From the NCBI RefSeq assembly GCF_009914755.1, contig NC_060932.1: a DNA stretch of 64,000 bases; one strand, given 5' to 3'. The notes beneath the pieces are model-generated. The model was not told where the DNA came from, did not search any database, and worked only from the letters and a program-made list of their open reading frames with translations. Shown one piece after another: positions 25,022-38,240 of the stretch (position 1 is its first letter; each line of letters starts with the position of its first letter). Both the position numbers and the translations under genes were made by a program. Origin of the DNA: the human T2T-CHM13v2.0 reference genome, Homo sapiens.

Positions 25022-25404
25022 CGTACACCTCACTATTAGTATTATTTGGTCTCAGCACTGAAATTATTCGATCTCTTAGAGAAAAACAGTAACTGGGTGT
25101 TTTCATGAAGTATTAATAAACCATTCCACACTCAGGCATTAAAAATTTCTCTGTTGGTTAGTATTGTTCAGAGGTCTTATTCTGAACAAAGAAGACAGGA
25201 GTAGTGAATTGGGTAGTATTTTAAAAAGTAAACGTGATAGTTGCACAAAGGAAAATTTCAAATTAGAATGATTGGGTTACGTGTTAGACCTGAAGAAGAA
25301 TAAAGCCATTCCTGCAGTTTTCTTCATCTGCTGGGGTGAAGTAGCTCCACTGGCATTAGCCTTAAAGTCAAGCTGGAAGTGCTCCATCCAGAATATAGGA
25401 AACA
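25022..25404 (-). pseudogene. Candidate decayed exon: C-terminal half of VWA repeat 2 (5' part displaced to ~26470-26540 by LTR insertion)
   Basis: IFWMEHFQ..ANASGATSPQQ..MALFFFRSNT*P, then YPIHYS and TEKFLM in shifted frames; donor-like GTAATG/GTAAGG/GTGAGG cluster at ~25003-25021. Confidence 0.5.
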
Positions 25405-26468
25405 TGTAGCAAGTTGCAGTTCAAATACAGCCAATGGACCACTTGAGTGATTTTGATTAGAAAAGGATTTGACACAGGGAATTATTGCTTCAGTAATTGT
25501 TGGTAGTGTTGGAGGAGTCAGCTCTTGGCTGGGTCTCCAAGACAGTTTCCAGAAAACTACTGAAGAACTGGCCTAATGGGGGAACTATTTGTCTGCCTTA
25601 ATCTGTAAGTTGTATGTTATGGCTTAATTTGGCTTCTAGAGCCTGAGATAAGGACTTGGGTGCTGATAGTTCTTGTGTGCAGTTTTATCCTAGAAAGCCA
25701 GGATGAGGGCCTGGGGAGACTGAGACAGAGAAGAGTGGGGAATGGCAAGAAAGTGCACATTTAATGTGAAGTTTTCCACTGTAGACCTCTGAGGACACTC
25801 TGAGGAATTTAATGGAATGCACCTGATAACTCTCCCTTCTACAATGAGAGGCTGGGGCATTTCTCCATGACACCTGCTCCCTGAGGGTTAAGGGTTGGTC
25901 TCAAGTGTGTGAACAGTTAGAACTTGGGTTACATCTCTATGAGCTGGACCACATTTTATGACTTTGGAGAAAGTCTGAAGGTTGATACAGAGAAACAGTG
26001 ACTTGGCATGGCAGGGGCTTGAGGTAGAATGCAGGCAGCTTCCCACCTTAGCTATGCTAAAACCAGGTCAGATGAGGGGATGTAGCATGGAGCAGGACAA
26101 GTGTCAGCTATTTTTGGGGAATTGGATTTTCAGCAGTCGGTTACAAACTGACACTACCATAGTCTTGATCTGAGGATTAGGAAGATGTTACTGCAACTAT
26201 TGTCTGAGAGCTATGTCACCCACTCTAGATCCATCCCCAAAAAATGGACCTCACCTACTGCCTCCTGTCTTCCTGGTTAATCCAGTTCTGGAACTGATGC
26301 CCTCAGTGGGCACAGCTGGTAGGAGAAACCTAAATCAGATCCAGAACTCTAGCTGCAAGGGAGTCCAGGATATGGGGTTTTAGAATTCCAACCTCTGCAG
26401 GACCAGAGGAGACCTTAGAAGTTTGATACAGATATTGACCTGGCCAGAATTACCCTTTCTGCCCCACA
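25405..26468. mobile_element. Nested ancient LTRs (LTR78/79-like outer; LTR67B/ERVL-like inner at ~25613-26110)
   Basis: GGATTTGACACAGGGAATTATTGCTT...GAAGAACTGGCC; inner AGCCTGAGATAAGGACTTGGGTGC...; outer resumes ...AGAACTCTAGCTGCAAGGGAGTC. Confidence 0.6.
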
Positions 26469-26938
26469 CATCTGATGTAGTTCTATTGCTTTGTTATTTT
26501 GGTAAGGCAGGGTCTTCCCTTGAAGCCTATCCCCACTCAGGCCCTTCTGCAGGTTGAGCTCATTGAAGAGGGAGAGACAGCATCATCTTTCAGGGGCAGC
26601 AACCTCTTCAACATTCTTAGAGCTCTCTGATTTGTTCTCTCAGCTCTCATCACAATTGTAATTATACAATTATTTTAAAAACTGAGGACTGCTGTCTTTC
26701 TGCTAGACCAGAGGCCTGTGGGGGCAGGAATCATGCCTCTGGCTTGTTTACTTTTGTCCCTAGCACCTAGAATATGCCTGGCACAGGTATGTAGGCATGC
26801 AATGCATATTATTTGAATAAATGAATAGAAAAAAATTACCATTTCCATCCAAAAAATGAATGGAAAAAAACTACAGTTTGTGTTTCCTTTATCTATACGT
26901 GGATGTTTTATCAGTGTGTTAGGAATAAAACAACCTAC

Positions 26939-27163
26939 ATTCAACATTGCTTTTGAAAATAAGTACAGTAAGAAAAAGGTCTGGTCTAAAGTGACTAAAT
27001 TATTCTACCTAGGGAATGTGATATTTTTGGCTTTGGCTGTTAACTAAAGGCTGCTATTTCCAGTCCTGGTCTGGAACAGACATTAGTGAGCCAGGCAGGT
27101 GGTCACAGAGAGTGACAGAGAAAGACAGGATGATAATTTTCTACTCTGATTGGTCTGGAGAAT
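26939..27163 (-). pseudogene. Candidate decayed 225-nt exon: N-terminal half of VWA repeat 2
   Basis: Acceptor TATTGCTTTTAG and donor AAT|GTAGGT; QSRKLSSCLSLSLSV..QTR/LEIA..LVTLDQTFFLLYLFS. Confidence 0.4.
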
Positions 27164-27999
27164 CTAAAAGCAATATACTGTGTAACATAAGATAACATCA
27201 GGAAGAAGGAATGAAGTTGTTTATGAAATCCTATTAAGAGGGATTTTCACAATAATTGGATGTAGAGGAAAAATATACAATCTTTGAAATTGGGAGGCAT
27301 ATTGTACAGGATGCTTTGAAAGGTTCTTTCGGGTTTTAACTTAGCTGACTCTGAATAGACACAGACCTTCTTAAATATTATTTGAGCTATTTCTTGTTCC
27401 CAGCAATGTTTAGATGTATTGTTTATTTCTACTCCTTCTAATAGATCTATTATTATTATCTTCATTTTATAGAGAAGAACCCTGGTGATTGGACAGGTTA
27501 CTAATCTACCCAAGGTCATACAGCTAACAGGTGAAGATTTCTAGTTTTTGCCTGCCTGATTCCAGAGTGCATGCTCTTAACCACTGCTCATGACCCCACG
27601 CTGCAGGGTCAGCAGACCTGGGTTTAAATTCATGCCTTCCCTTTCCTTACCAGCATGTGGCTAAAACCAGTTGGGCCTCAATTCCTTCAGCAGTATGATG
27701 TAGATAACACTTGCCTTGCAAGATGGTAGTGAGAATTGGAAACAACAAATATCACTCTATACATAGTAGTGTTACTTTGTGTAGACAATTAGTAGACAGT
27801 GGAAGGGTAGGGTGCTCAGGATCTGGGGCAGGGAAGTGTCAAAGAGGCAGAGAGCACTTACCTGTCTGCTGACTCCCAACACGTAAGCTGTGAGCTCCTT
27901 ACCTTTTCTGTATTCTATCCTCCAAAAATTTGCAGAGCGGAGGCCATGCACTTGAAGCACAGTGCTAATTTCAATGTTCTTCTTGAGTCCCCATGAAAG

Positions 28000-30900
28000 G
28001 TGCAATACTCACAAGTGTTTTTATCTTATATCCATGAAATTGCCATCACAGTCAAGACTGTGCAATATCCCTCATTCCCCAAAGTTCCCCTGTACCCCTG
28101 TGCACTCTTTTCTTCCAGCCCCTTCCTCATGTCCCCAGGCAACCCTGATATAACTTCTGTCACTATAGATTAGTTTTTTTAGAATTTTATCTGGGCAGAA
28201 TAATGCAGTATGTACTCATTTTTGTCTGCCTTTTTTGCGGAGCATAAATAACTTTGAGATCCATTCATGCCACTGCTTGTATTAATAGTTCAGTCTTCAT
28301 ATTGCTGATTAGAGTTACTTTGTATGAAGGCACCACAGTTTTCACAGTCTTTTATTTTTAATTTTTAATAGCTTTATTGAAGTATAACATACTGTACAAA
28401 ACATACCTATTTAATACATGCAATTTGATGGGTTTGTACATATGTGTATGCCTGTGAAACCATAATTATGTACAATCAGGATAACTAACATATCTAATAC
28501 TTCCAAAATTTTTCTTGCATCCTTTGTGGTATTTTTTTTTGGTGGTAAGAACACTTAACCTAAGATCTACCTTCTTAAGAAATTTTTAAGTGCATAATAC
28601 CGTATTGTTAACTGTAGGCACTGTTTTGTGGCGGATCCCTAGAACTTATTCATCTTGTATAACTGAAACATTATACCCATTGAAAAACAGCTCACCATTT
28701 TCCCCTCTCCCAAGCCTCTGAAAAACTCCATTCTACTTTCTGAGTTTGACTGTTTCAGATATCTAATTCAAATGATTCATGCAGTATTTGTCTTTCTGTG
28801 ACTGGTTTGTTTCACTTAGTATAATGTTTTCTAGATTCATTCATGTTGTTGCAGGTGGCAGGATTTCCTTTTTTTAAAAGGCTGAATTATATTCCATTGT
28901 ATGCATGTACCACATTTTCTTTATCCATACATCTGTTGATGGACATTTAGATGGTTTTCTTATCTTGGCCATTATAAATAATGTTGTAATGAACTTGAGA
29001 GTACATATATCTATTGGAGATCCTAATTTCAATTCTTTTGGATATATACCCAGAAGTAGGGTTGCTAGATAATAGGGCCACTATATCTTTAACTTTTTGA
29101 GGAACTTCCATACTCCACAGAGGCTGCACCATTTTACATTCCCATCAATAGTCTATGAGAATTCCAATTTCTCCACATTTTCCCTACCACTAGTTATTAT
29201 TATTATATTTTGATAAAAGCCATCCTAACAGGTATGAGGTGATATGTCATTGTGGTTTTGATTTGCATTCATTTCCCTGAAGATTAGGGATGTTCATATA
29301 CCTGTTGGCCATTTATATGTTTTCTTTGGATAAATGTCTATTCCAATCTTTTGTCCATTTTAAAAATTAAGTTTTTATATCGAGTTTTAGGTGTTCCTTA
29401 TATAATGTGGACATTAATCCCTCATCAGATACATAGTTTGCAAATATCTTCTCCCATTTCTTAAGTTGTCTTTTCAGTCTGCTGATTACTTTTGCTGTGC
29501 AGAAGCTTTGTAGTTTTATGTAATCCCATTTGCCTAATTTTGCTTTCATTGTTCATGCTTTTGGTGTCATATTTAAGAAATCACTGTCAAGCTCAATGTC
29601 ATAAAGCATTCACTCATCTCTTGGTGTACCTTTGGGTTGTTTCAATTTTTTAATTATTGCAAATAAAGCTGATATGAAAATTTGTGTACATGGCTTTATA
29701 TGGACATATGCTTTCATTTATTTTGGATTAATATCTAGATGACCAAGGGGTAGATAAATATTTTAATTTTTAAAGAAATTGCCAAACTGTTTTCATCAGG
29801 AGTGTTTTAATGCAATATAGATGTTGCACATTCCTTATCAAGGTTATTCTCAATTATTTATTTTTCTTTGTTGTTATTGTAACAAGGAGTAGTGTTTTTT
29901 CTACCATTTTACATCATAATTGACTATTATTTGTGTATATAAAATTATTACTTTCTGTAGATGACTTCTTTTATAATATGTTACGTTATATTTTATTTAT
30001 TTGAGTTAATTTTATCATTTATTCATATCACTGAAAATAGAGACAGCTTTACTTATTCGTTATCAATTCTCATGCATTTAGTTGATTTGCTTTGTCTAAT
30101 TGCATTGGCTAATATGTGCATTACAATGTTGAGTAGTAGAGGAGATGGTAAACATACTTTTCTTGTTTTGATCTTAGAGGAAAAGCCTGCAGTATTTCCC
30201 CACTAAGAAATATGCTGCTAAGAAAATATTCAGCAATTCCTATTTTCTTGAATGATTAAATAGGGACTACATGTTGAATTTTGATGCTTTTCAAGCATAT
30301 GTGGTGATAATCACATTTTTCCTTTGATCTATTAACTTGATGGATTATGTCAATATAATTTCTAATATGAAACCAACCTTCTATTTCTGGCATGATCGTC
30401 ATTTGGCCATTTGATTTCATTTTTGAAGGATGTTTGATTTTAGTTGGGTATGGAGATCTCATTTGGCAGTTATTTTATTTCAGTACGTTAGAGGTATCAT
30501 GCTGTTGACTTGCTTCTGTAATTTCTCTTGGAAAACCGGCGATCGAGCTTATTGCTATTCCTTTGAAGGTAAAATATCTTTTTAAAAATCTGGTTGCTTT
30601 TAGGACTTTTACTTTATCTTTGATTTTTAGCAGTTTTACTGTGATGTACTTTAATGTTGCTTTCTTTATATTTAAACCATGTGTGCGTTACAGAATTTCT
30701 TTAATCTTTGGCTTGATATCTTCTAATAGTTTTGAAAACTTCTCAGTCAGTGTATTCTCAAATACTTGTTTTGCCTATATTCTCTCTCTTCTCATTTTGA
30801 GATTTTAATTACACATATATTAGATGTTTTCAGTATGTCTTATATGTCTCATACTGTTTCCTGTATTTTCTACCTTAAATTTTTTTTTAATGCGCTTTAA

Positions 30901-32050
30901 TTTGATTATTTTCTAGTGGCTCCATGGTACTAATCATCACGGTAGCTGTTCCTAACCTGCTATTAAAACTATATATTTTATTATCAATTTTATTTAACTG
31001 TTTTTATTACTAGAATTCCTATTTGATACTTTTAAAAATAGGCTTCATTTTTTTCTGATAATATTTGCCACCTTTTCATCTATTTCCTTAAGTAGATTAT
31101 TTTAAGCTTGCAGATAGTGAAGTCTATGTTTAATAACCCCAACATATGGATAACCTGAAGGTCTACTTGTGTCATTTTTTTTCTTCTCTTTTTCTCTTGA
31201 TTTTTATTTATTTTTCATGTCCTGGCATGCCCATAAATTTTTGATTGAATGTTAGATATTGTGTATAAAAAAATGCCAGGCATGGTGACATGTGCCTCTA
31301 ATTCCAGCTACTCAGAAGGCTGAGGTGGGAGGATTGCTTGAGCCCAGGAGTTTGAGTCCAGCCTGGGCAACATAGTGAGACCCCATCTCTAAAAATTAAA
31401 AAAAAATGGATAGGCTTTGGGTGAAGTGGTCTTTCTCCAGATAAGATTCAGTGTTCTTGTGGCAGGCAGAATGGATTTCATTTGGAAGCCTGGGGTGTGC
31501 AGCAGGGATCTTCTTTGATGGAGCTTGGACTCCACTGTTTGCTTCCCTAGTCCTGTGCTGCAGAATATCTTTACAGATTTTAAGCCTGTTATTAGCTGCC
31601 TTCTCCTTGGTGTGTATACACAGCCTGGAATGTCAGAAAATTTCTCAAAGGGAAATTTCATGCTAATTTTCTCTGGAGTTCCTTTTCTTCTGAGACATTG
31701 GTCTCTGACACCCTGGCTTTTTTGTTAGCCCTGAACTTAAATTGTTCATTTCTAGGTCCGGGAGACTTTCACAAGTTTCAGGCTCCTTCTTTCTTTTGGA
31801 CCTCTTTGCCCTGTGCTGTGAACTGGCAAGTGCCATAAGGGAAGAAAATAGCACCAAACACAAGGCTAACTTCTAGGCATTCCCCTTCTCTGGGGATTTT
31901 GGCCTCTTTAGTCTCAATTGCTGTACTTGATTGCTCTCAGATACTTTCAACAGCTGCTTTCCTTTTGTATATATCCAGATTTTATAGCTGTTCTTTTTGG
32001 GAGCATTAGTCTGATACAAGCTATTTTATGATAGGCGAAAGTAGGATTCT
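28000..32050 (-). mobile_element. Nested old L1 fragments (L1MA-like 28350-29605 inside L1M/ME sequence; 5'/ORF remnants to ~32050)
   Basis: L1 3'UTR and ORF2 translations ([17 protein letters not shown]; GWFHIRNYIDIIHQVNR). Confidence 0.8.
31275..31407 (+). mobile_element. FLAM (free left Alu monomer)
   Basis: Monomeric Alu with A tail; TSD AAAAAAATG. Confidence 0.85.
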
Positions 32051-32362
32051 TGCTTATTTCTTTAATTAGGTTCACTTTTATACAAACCAATTACCTATTT
32101 TAGCCTCATTTGAAGAGATAATATTTATGAAACCAGAAATATACTTTTATAAAGAAAACATATTGAAACAAATACACATGAACATTCATCTGTATACCCT
32201 TTAAAATCATTTCCTATACCTCTGGCATGTGTATACCATACTTTGGATAATTTCTTTGGAATATACCCAGAAGGCCATCCTAGGATCTTTTCTTGGTTAT
32301 AGTAGAAATACACTAAGATCCCTCAGACTTAGAGTCCAATTCCAGCTTGCCACTTACCTGCT

Positions 32363-32727
32363 TGTTATGGACTGAATGTGTTTCCCCCAGAATTTATATG
32401 TTGAAACTTAATCACTGATGTGATAGTATGAAGAGTCAGGGCCTCTGGGACATGATTAAGTCATGGAGATGGAAACCTCATGAATGGGATTAGTTACCTT
32501 AGAAAAGTGGTTCTAGGGAGTTGTACTCCCCTTCTGCAATGTGAGGGCACAAAAAAGAGGTGGTATCTGTGTAGCAGACAGCGAACCTTCACCAGACACT
32601 GAATCTGCAGGTGCCTTGGTCTTGGACTTCTGAGCCTTCAAAACTATGAGAAATAAATGTCTATACTTAGTCCTCAATTACTTAGTCTGAGGTCTTTTGT
32701 TATAGCAGCCCAAACAGACTAAGACAA
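32363..32727 (+). mobile_element. MLT1A-like solo LTR inserted in a MIR
   Basis: TGTTATGGACTGAATGTG...ACAGACTAAGACA; TSD CTGCT/ATGCT. Confidence 0.85.
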
Positions 32728-32798
32728 TGCTGGAGCTATACGGACAAGTCATGTAACCTCTCTGGGTGTCATGTTTAAAACCAGGCACTTAAACTTAC

Positions 32799-33009
32799 CC
32801 TAGACTGGCTTCCAGCACTAGTATTCTCTGAGCTGGTGGGGCTGGCCCCTGGGCCTGCTGAGTCCCGGTTCTGGATTTCTGACTGAGCCTGCAAGCCTTG
32901 GCTCACTCTCTGGATTTCTGGATTTTCTCCACTCTTTCCTTTTTGAGAGGTTGTCTCTTTTTTTTTTTTTTTTTTTTTTTTTTCTAGTGAACCTCAAGGT
33001 TTTTGACAT
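32799..33009 (-). pseudogene. Candidate linker exon of the fossil gene, containing an expanded A tract
   Basis: Consensus donor AGG|GTAAGT and acceptor CTCTGCATAG; frame ETTSQKGKSGENPEIQRVSQGLQAQSEIQNRDSAGPGASPTSSENTSAGSQSR is open up to the donor. Confidence 0.45.
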
Positions 33010-33272
33010 CTATGCAGAGGCCAGACTCAGGGCATAAAAAGACCTAGAGATGAAGCCGGGTTGGCCCTGGGGAGTCCCTCGGAAGGAGCAACTTTTGTCC
33101 TTGATTAAAGGAAGGTTGAGGAGGTCTCTTGTACATAGATATCTGCTTTGCTCCTTAAAAAATATATCACCATTAGTAGAGTATTCTTTTGGGCTATAGC
33201 CTTCCTTCAGTTCTGTTAACTAGTATCTATCACCCCCTGCTAGGGGGACTGGGATGGGCTCTGTGAAGGGAT

Positions 33273-35207
33273 AGTGCAATGAACTGAATGTTTGTGTCTC
33301 CCCAAAATTAATGTTGAAATCTTAATCCCAGTGTGACAGTGTTGGGAGGTGGGTCCTTTGGAGGTAATTAGGTCATGAAGGCGCAGCTCTCATGAATAGG
33401 ATTAGTGTCTTTATAAGAAGAGATCTGACCAATGGAACAGAATAGAGAATCCAGAAATAAACCCAAATACTTAGAGCCAACTGATCTTCAACAAAGCAAA
33501 CGAAAAACGTAAAGTGGGAAAAGGACACCCTCTTTAACAAATGATGCTGGTATAATTGGCTAGCCACATGTAGGAGAATGAAACTAGATCCTCATCTCTC
33601 ACCTCATACAAAAATCAACTCAAGATGGATTAAAGACTGAAATCTAAGACCTGAAGCTACAAAAATTCTGGAAGATAACATTGGAAAAACCCTTCTAGAC
33701 ATTGGCTTAGGCAAGGATTTCATGACCAAGAATCCAAGAGCAAATGCAATAAAGATAAAGAGTTGGAACTCAATTAAACTAAAGAGCGTTTGCATGGCAA
33801 AAGGAACAGTCAGCAGAGTAAACAGACAACCCACAGAATGGGAGAGAATCTTCACAATTTATACATCAGACAAAGGATTGATATCCAGAATCTGCAATGA
33901 ACTCAAGTCAGTAAGAAAACAAAACAAAACAAAAAAATCCCATCAAAAAGTAGGCTAAGGACATGAGTAGACAATTCTCAAAAGAAGATATACAAATGGC
34001 CAACAAACATGGGAAAATGCTCAACATCACTAATGATCAGGGAAGGGCAAATCAAAACCACAATGAGATACCACCTTACTTCTGCAAGAATGGCCATAAT
34101 CAAAAAATCAAAAAACAGTAGATGTTGGCATGGATGCAGTGATCAGGGAAGACTTCTACACTGCTGGTGGTAATTTAAATGAGTATAGCCACTATGGAAA
34201 GCAGTGTGGAGATTCCTTAAAAAACCAAAAGTAGAAGTACCATTTGATCCAGCAATCCCACTAGTGGGCATCTACCCAGAGGAAAAGAGGTCATTGTACG
34301 AAAAGGAAGCTTGCACACACATGTTTACAGCAGCACAATTCACAATTGTAAAATCATGGAACCAACCCAAATGCCCATCAATCAACGAGTGGATAAAGAA
34401 ACTGTGATATATATAATATATATATATAAAATATATAATATGTATATATAATATAATATAAATATAATATTTATATATATTACAAATATATATAATATAT
34501 AATGTGTATATATAATATATATCACATATATATCACACATATATATATAGTGGTGTGACATATATATATATGTCATATATATATATATGATGGAATGCTA
34601 CTCAGCCATAAAAAGGAATGAATTAACGGCATTTGGAGCGACCTAGATGAGATTGGAGACTATTATTCTAAGTGAAGTAACTCACGAATGGAAAACCAAA
34701 CATCGTATGTTCTCACTAATATGTGGGAGTTAAGCTATGAGGACATAATATGTGGGAGTTAAGCTATGAGGACATAAAGGCATAAGAATGATACAATGGA
34801 GTTTGGGGACGGGGGGGAAGAGTGGGAATGGGGCGAGGGATAAAAGACCACAAATAAGGTGCAGTGTATACTGCTCGGGTGATGGGTGCACCAAAATATC
34901 ACAAATCACTATTAAAGAACTTAGTCATGTAACCAAATGCCACCTGTACCCCAATAACCTATGGAAAAATAAAATAATTTTAAAAAAGAAGAGGTCTGAG
35001 AGCTAGCTAGCTTTTCTTCTGTCATGTGAGGATACAATGAGAAGTTAGAAGTCTGCCACCGAAAAATGGGCTTTTACAAGAACCCAACCATTCTGGCACC
35101 CTGATCTCAGACTTCCAGCCTCCAGCACCGAGAGACATAAATTTCTGTTGTTTATAAGCCACCCAGTGTATGGCACTTTGTTATAGCAGCCTGCATTGAC
35201 TAAGACA
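33273..35207 (+). mobile_element. MLT1A/MSTD-like LTR split by L1PB1
   Basis: LTR halves at 33273-33428 and 34986-35207. Confidence 0.85.
33429..34985 (+). mobile_element. L1PB1-like 5'-truncated L1 with internal (TA)n expansion and a 29-bp tandem duplication (~34717-34775)
   Basis: 3'UTR GTGTATACTGCTCGGGTGATGGGTGCACCAAAA; TSD AAGAAGAG(A/G)TCTGA. Confidence 0.9.
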
Positions 35208-35760
35208 GATGAGTTTTCAGGCACAGGATTTGAGTTTGATTTCAAGTTCTGCTACTTACCAGTGGTGTGACATTGGGCAAGTGCTTTAACTTCCTGTGGC
35301 CTCCTCTCCTTCATCTAAAAATCAATAATGATGTATGTTCTGCATATCCACTTGGATATCGTGAGGATTCCCAAGACACCAGTGGCAGTGGTTACCTGTA
35401 GGGATAGGAGGGACTGGAGCAAATGGAAATTGTATTGTAGTAAGAGTTCTCAACCGATACCTTGTTGAATTGTTTTGATTTTTGAGCCAAGTGCAATTGT
35501 AATCTCAATAGATCTCTTTACTAATTAGTGTTATTGTCAGGCAATGAACACAAAGATGTTGCATAAATGTAAGTACCTGAGTCTTGATGGCTTTGAACTC
35601 CCTCCTGTTTTATTGCTCTGTAAGCCAGTCTTTTACAGTTGACCTTCCCTGTCATAGCACCTGGCACAGTCATGCTCAGAAACGTTGGATTAATGTTGGG
35701 TTCACTTATCTGAATGGATGCAGTTCATTTTGCAGATGGGAGGGAGGTCCAGAGATTTAC

Positions 35761-36078
35761 TTTTGCAGCACTTTTTTTTCTTCTTTTCCTGAACTTCTTT
35801 CAAGTCCAGAGATGTCTATTAGAGGAATTAGATGAGGCCCTTTGATTTTTAATTGTATGTGCCCGGGTGGTTAGGGGAGGACATGGCAGAAGTTATAGTT
35901 GGCTATCCAGGATCAGAGTGGCTCCTTAATAGATGCTGGAACTTGACTCTATCAGTTCAAGCAGGTAGAACCACTTGCAGGGCCTGCTCCACACCGCCCA
36001 GACTGCCAAGAGCCTGATGGATGAACCAACGTGCCAAATTAATAACAATTTCCTCCGTGACATTTCGTGACGTGAGAA
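35761..36078 (-). pseudogene. Decayed exon: C-terminal half of VWA repeat 1
   Basis: Acceptor CTTGCTGTCCTAG; NVTEEIVINLARWFIHQALGSLGGVEQALQ / FYLLxTDR / SWIANYN / TRAHTI / FL**xISGL; possible donor AAA|GTAAAT. Confidence 0.6.
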
Positions 36079-37889
36079 CTAGGACAGCAAGTATTCATAG
36101 AACACTTCTCACTGGGACAAATGTCGCCTCCAGAGACTGAACCACTGATCAGAGGGATGTGTAGGGAAGTGTAAAATTGAACACAGAGAGATAGTTATAA
36201 GGGATATGTGCACTGGGACATTGTAAAATGTATTTCCCTTTTTCTGTTTAATAGACATTTCTGTTCATTTGTTCATTTATTTGCTCATTTCACATCTCTT
36301 GAGCCTACCCTGTGCTGCAAACTGGAAATGCCAGATGAATGTATTTCAGTCTCTGTTCTTAAGAAGGTTTCAGTTTAGTGGTGAAGGACAAATAAAAAAT
36401 AGCACACTTGGATCTCCTCGATTCTAAGATACTACTGAATTTAAGATGCATTGTTAATTTACTCACAGCTTATAAGGATAAAAGAAACACTGTATTAAAT
36501 GTACACAGTGCTTTTAAGACACGTCTCAATTTCAGAATGATTTCATTGTAAACAAATATGTACATCTTGGAACTGAGGAAACATGGTTCTTACCATAGTA
36601 TGTGACATGTGCTGAGATGGAATTATAAACCGTGTAAACGAACATGGCAGTGTGGGGTGCTCTACCCCTTGAAAGGGTGCCCTCCATTAACAATAGGGAC
36701 CATACCATAGGATGATGGCTATGGTCTGAATGTTTGTGTCCTCCCAAAATTCATATCTTGAAACGTAATCACCAATGTAATAAATAGTATTAAAGACTGG
36801 GGTCTTTGGGAGGTGATTAGGTCATGAGGGCTATGTCCTTATGAATGGGATTCGTGCCCTTATGAAAGAGGCCTGAGGGGGCTTGTTTGTCCCTTCTGCC
36901 ACATGAGGACATGTAGAAGACACCACCCGTGAGAAATGAGCCCTCATCAGACACGGAATCTGCTGGTGTCTTGATCTTAGATTTCCCAGCCTTCTTCCCA
37001 GTATTGCTTCAGAACTGTGAGCAATACATTTCTTTATTATTATTGTTGTTTTAATAGTTTTTGGGCAGCAGGTGGTGTTTGGTTACATGGATAAATTCCT
37101 TAGTGGTGATTTCTGAGATTCTGGTCCACCCATCACTTGAACAGTGTACACTGAACCCAATGTTTATCCCTCACCCCCTCCCATGCTTTTCCTTGAGCCC
37201 CCAGAATCTATTGTATCATCTTATGCCTTTGTGTCCTCATAGCTTAGCTCTCACTTATGAGTGAGAACATATGATGATGTTCAGTTTTTCACTCCTGAGT
37301 TCCTTCACTTAGAATAATGGTTTCCAATTCCATCCAGGTTGCTGCAAATGCCATTATTTCATTCATTTCCATGGCTGAATAGTATTCTGTGGTGTACATA
37401 TATATATATCACATTTTCTTTTTTTTTCTCCTTCTTTAGGGCACTTTATTAGACTTGTTTTTCTCTTTCCACATTACTCAGGCAATAGTGTTACTAAACT
37501 TTCTGTCACCAAATGACAAGAATCCCTTTACCATCAGTTTCCAATAAAGTTTTCTTTCCTTTAAGTCTTCACTCATAACCTTCTCAAAGATCATCGTGCT
37601 TCTTAGTTTCTTCGAGGATCTTCAAATGTTCACTAATGCTCCCTTCAAATTCTTTCCAGTTTCTATGCACTGCCCATTTCCAAAGCCACTCCCACATTTT
37701 AAAGTTTTTGTTATGGCATCCTTCCATTTCCAGGCTCCAATGTCTGTACCAATGTCAGGAACAATCTATTGCTGTGTAACAAATGATATCAAATTTAGCA
37801 ATTTAAAACAACAAGTATTTATTATTTCAAACAGTTTCTGATGATTAGAAGTACAGAGGAAGGGAGCTGGGCAGTTTTGGCTAAAGGTT

Positions 37890-37894
<5 letters not shown>

Positions 37895-37925
<31 letters not shown>

Positions 37926-38230
37926 TTTTTTTTTTTTTTTTTTTTTTGAGGCAGAGTCTCCCTTTGTCACCCAGGCTGGAGTGCAGTGGCCTGATCTCGG
38001 CTCACTGCAAGCTCCGCCTCCTGGGTTCATGCCATTCTCCTGCTTCAGCCTCCTGAGTAGCTGAGTAGTACAGGCGCCCGCCACGAGACGCCTGGCTAAT
38101 TTTTTGTATTTTTAGTAGAGACGGGGTTTCACCGTGTTAGCCAGGATGGTCTCGATCACCTGACCTCGTGATCTGCCCGCCTCAGCCTCCCAAAGTGCTG
38201 GGATTACAGGCATGAGCCACCGTGCCGGCC
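37895..38230 (-). mobile_element. AluY with (CTTT)n/poly(T) tail
   Basis: GCAAGCTCCGCC and GTTAGCCAGGATGGTCTCGATC diagnostics; TSD TAAAGGTTTCTTT. Confidence 0.95.
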
Positions 38231-38240
38231 TAAAGGTTTC

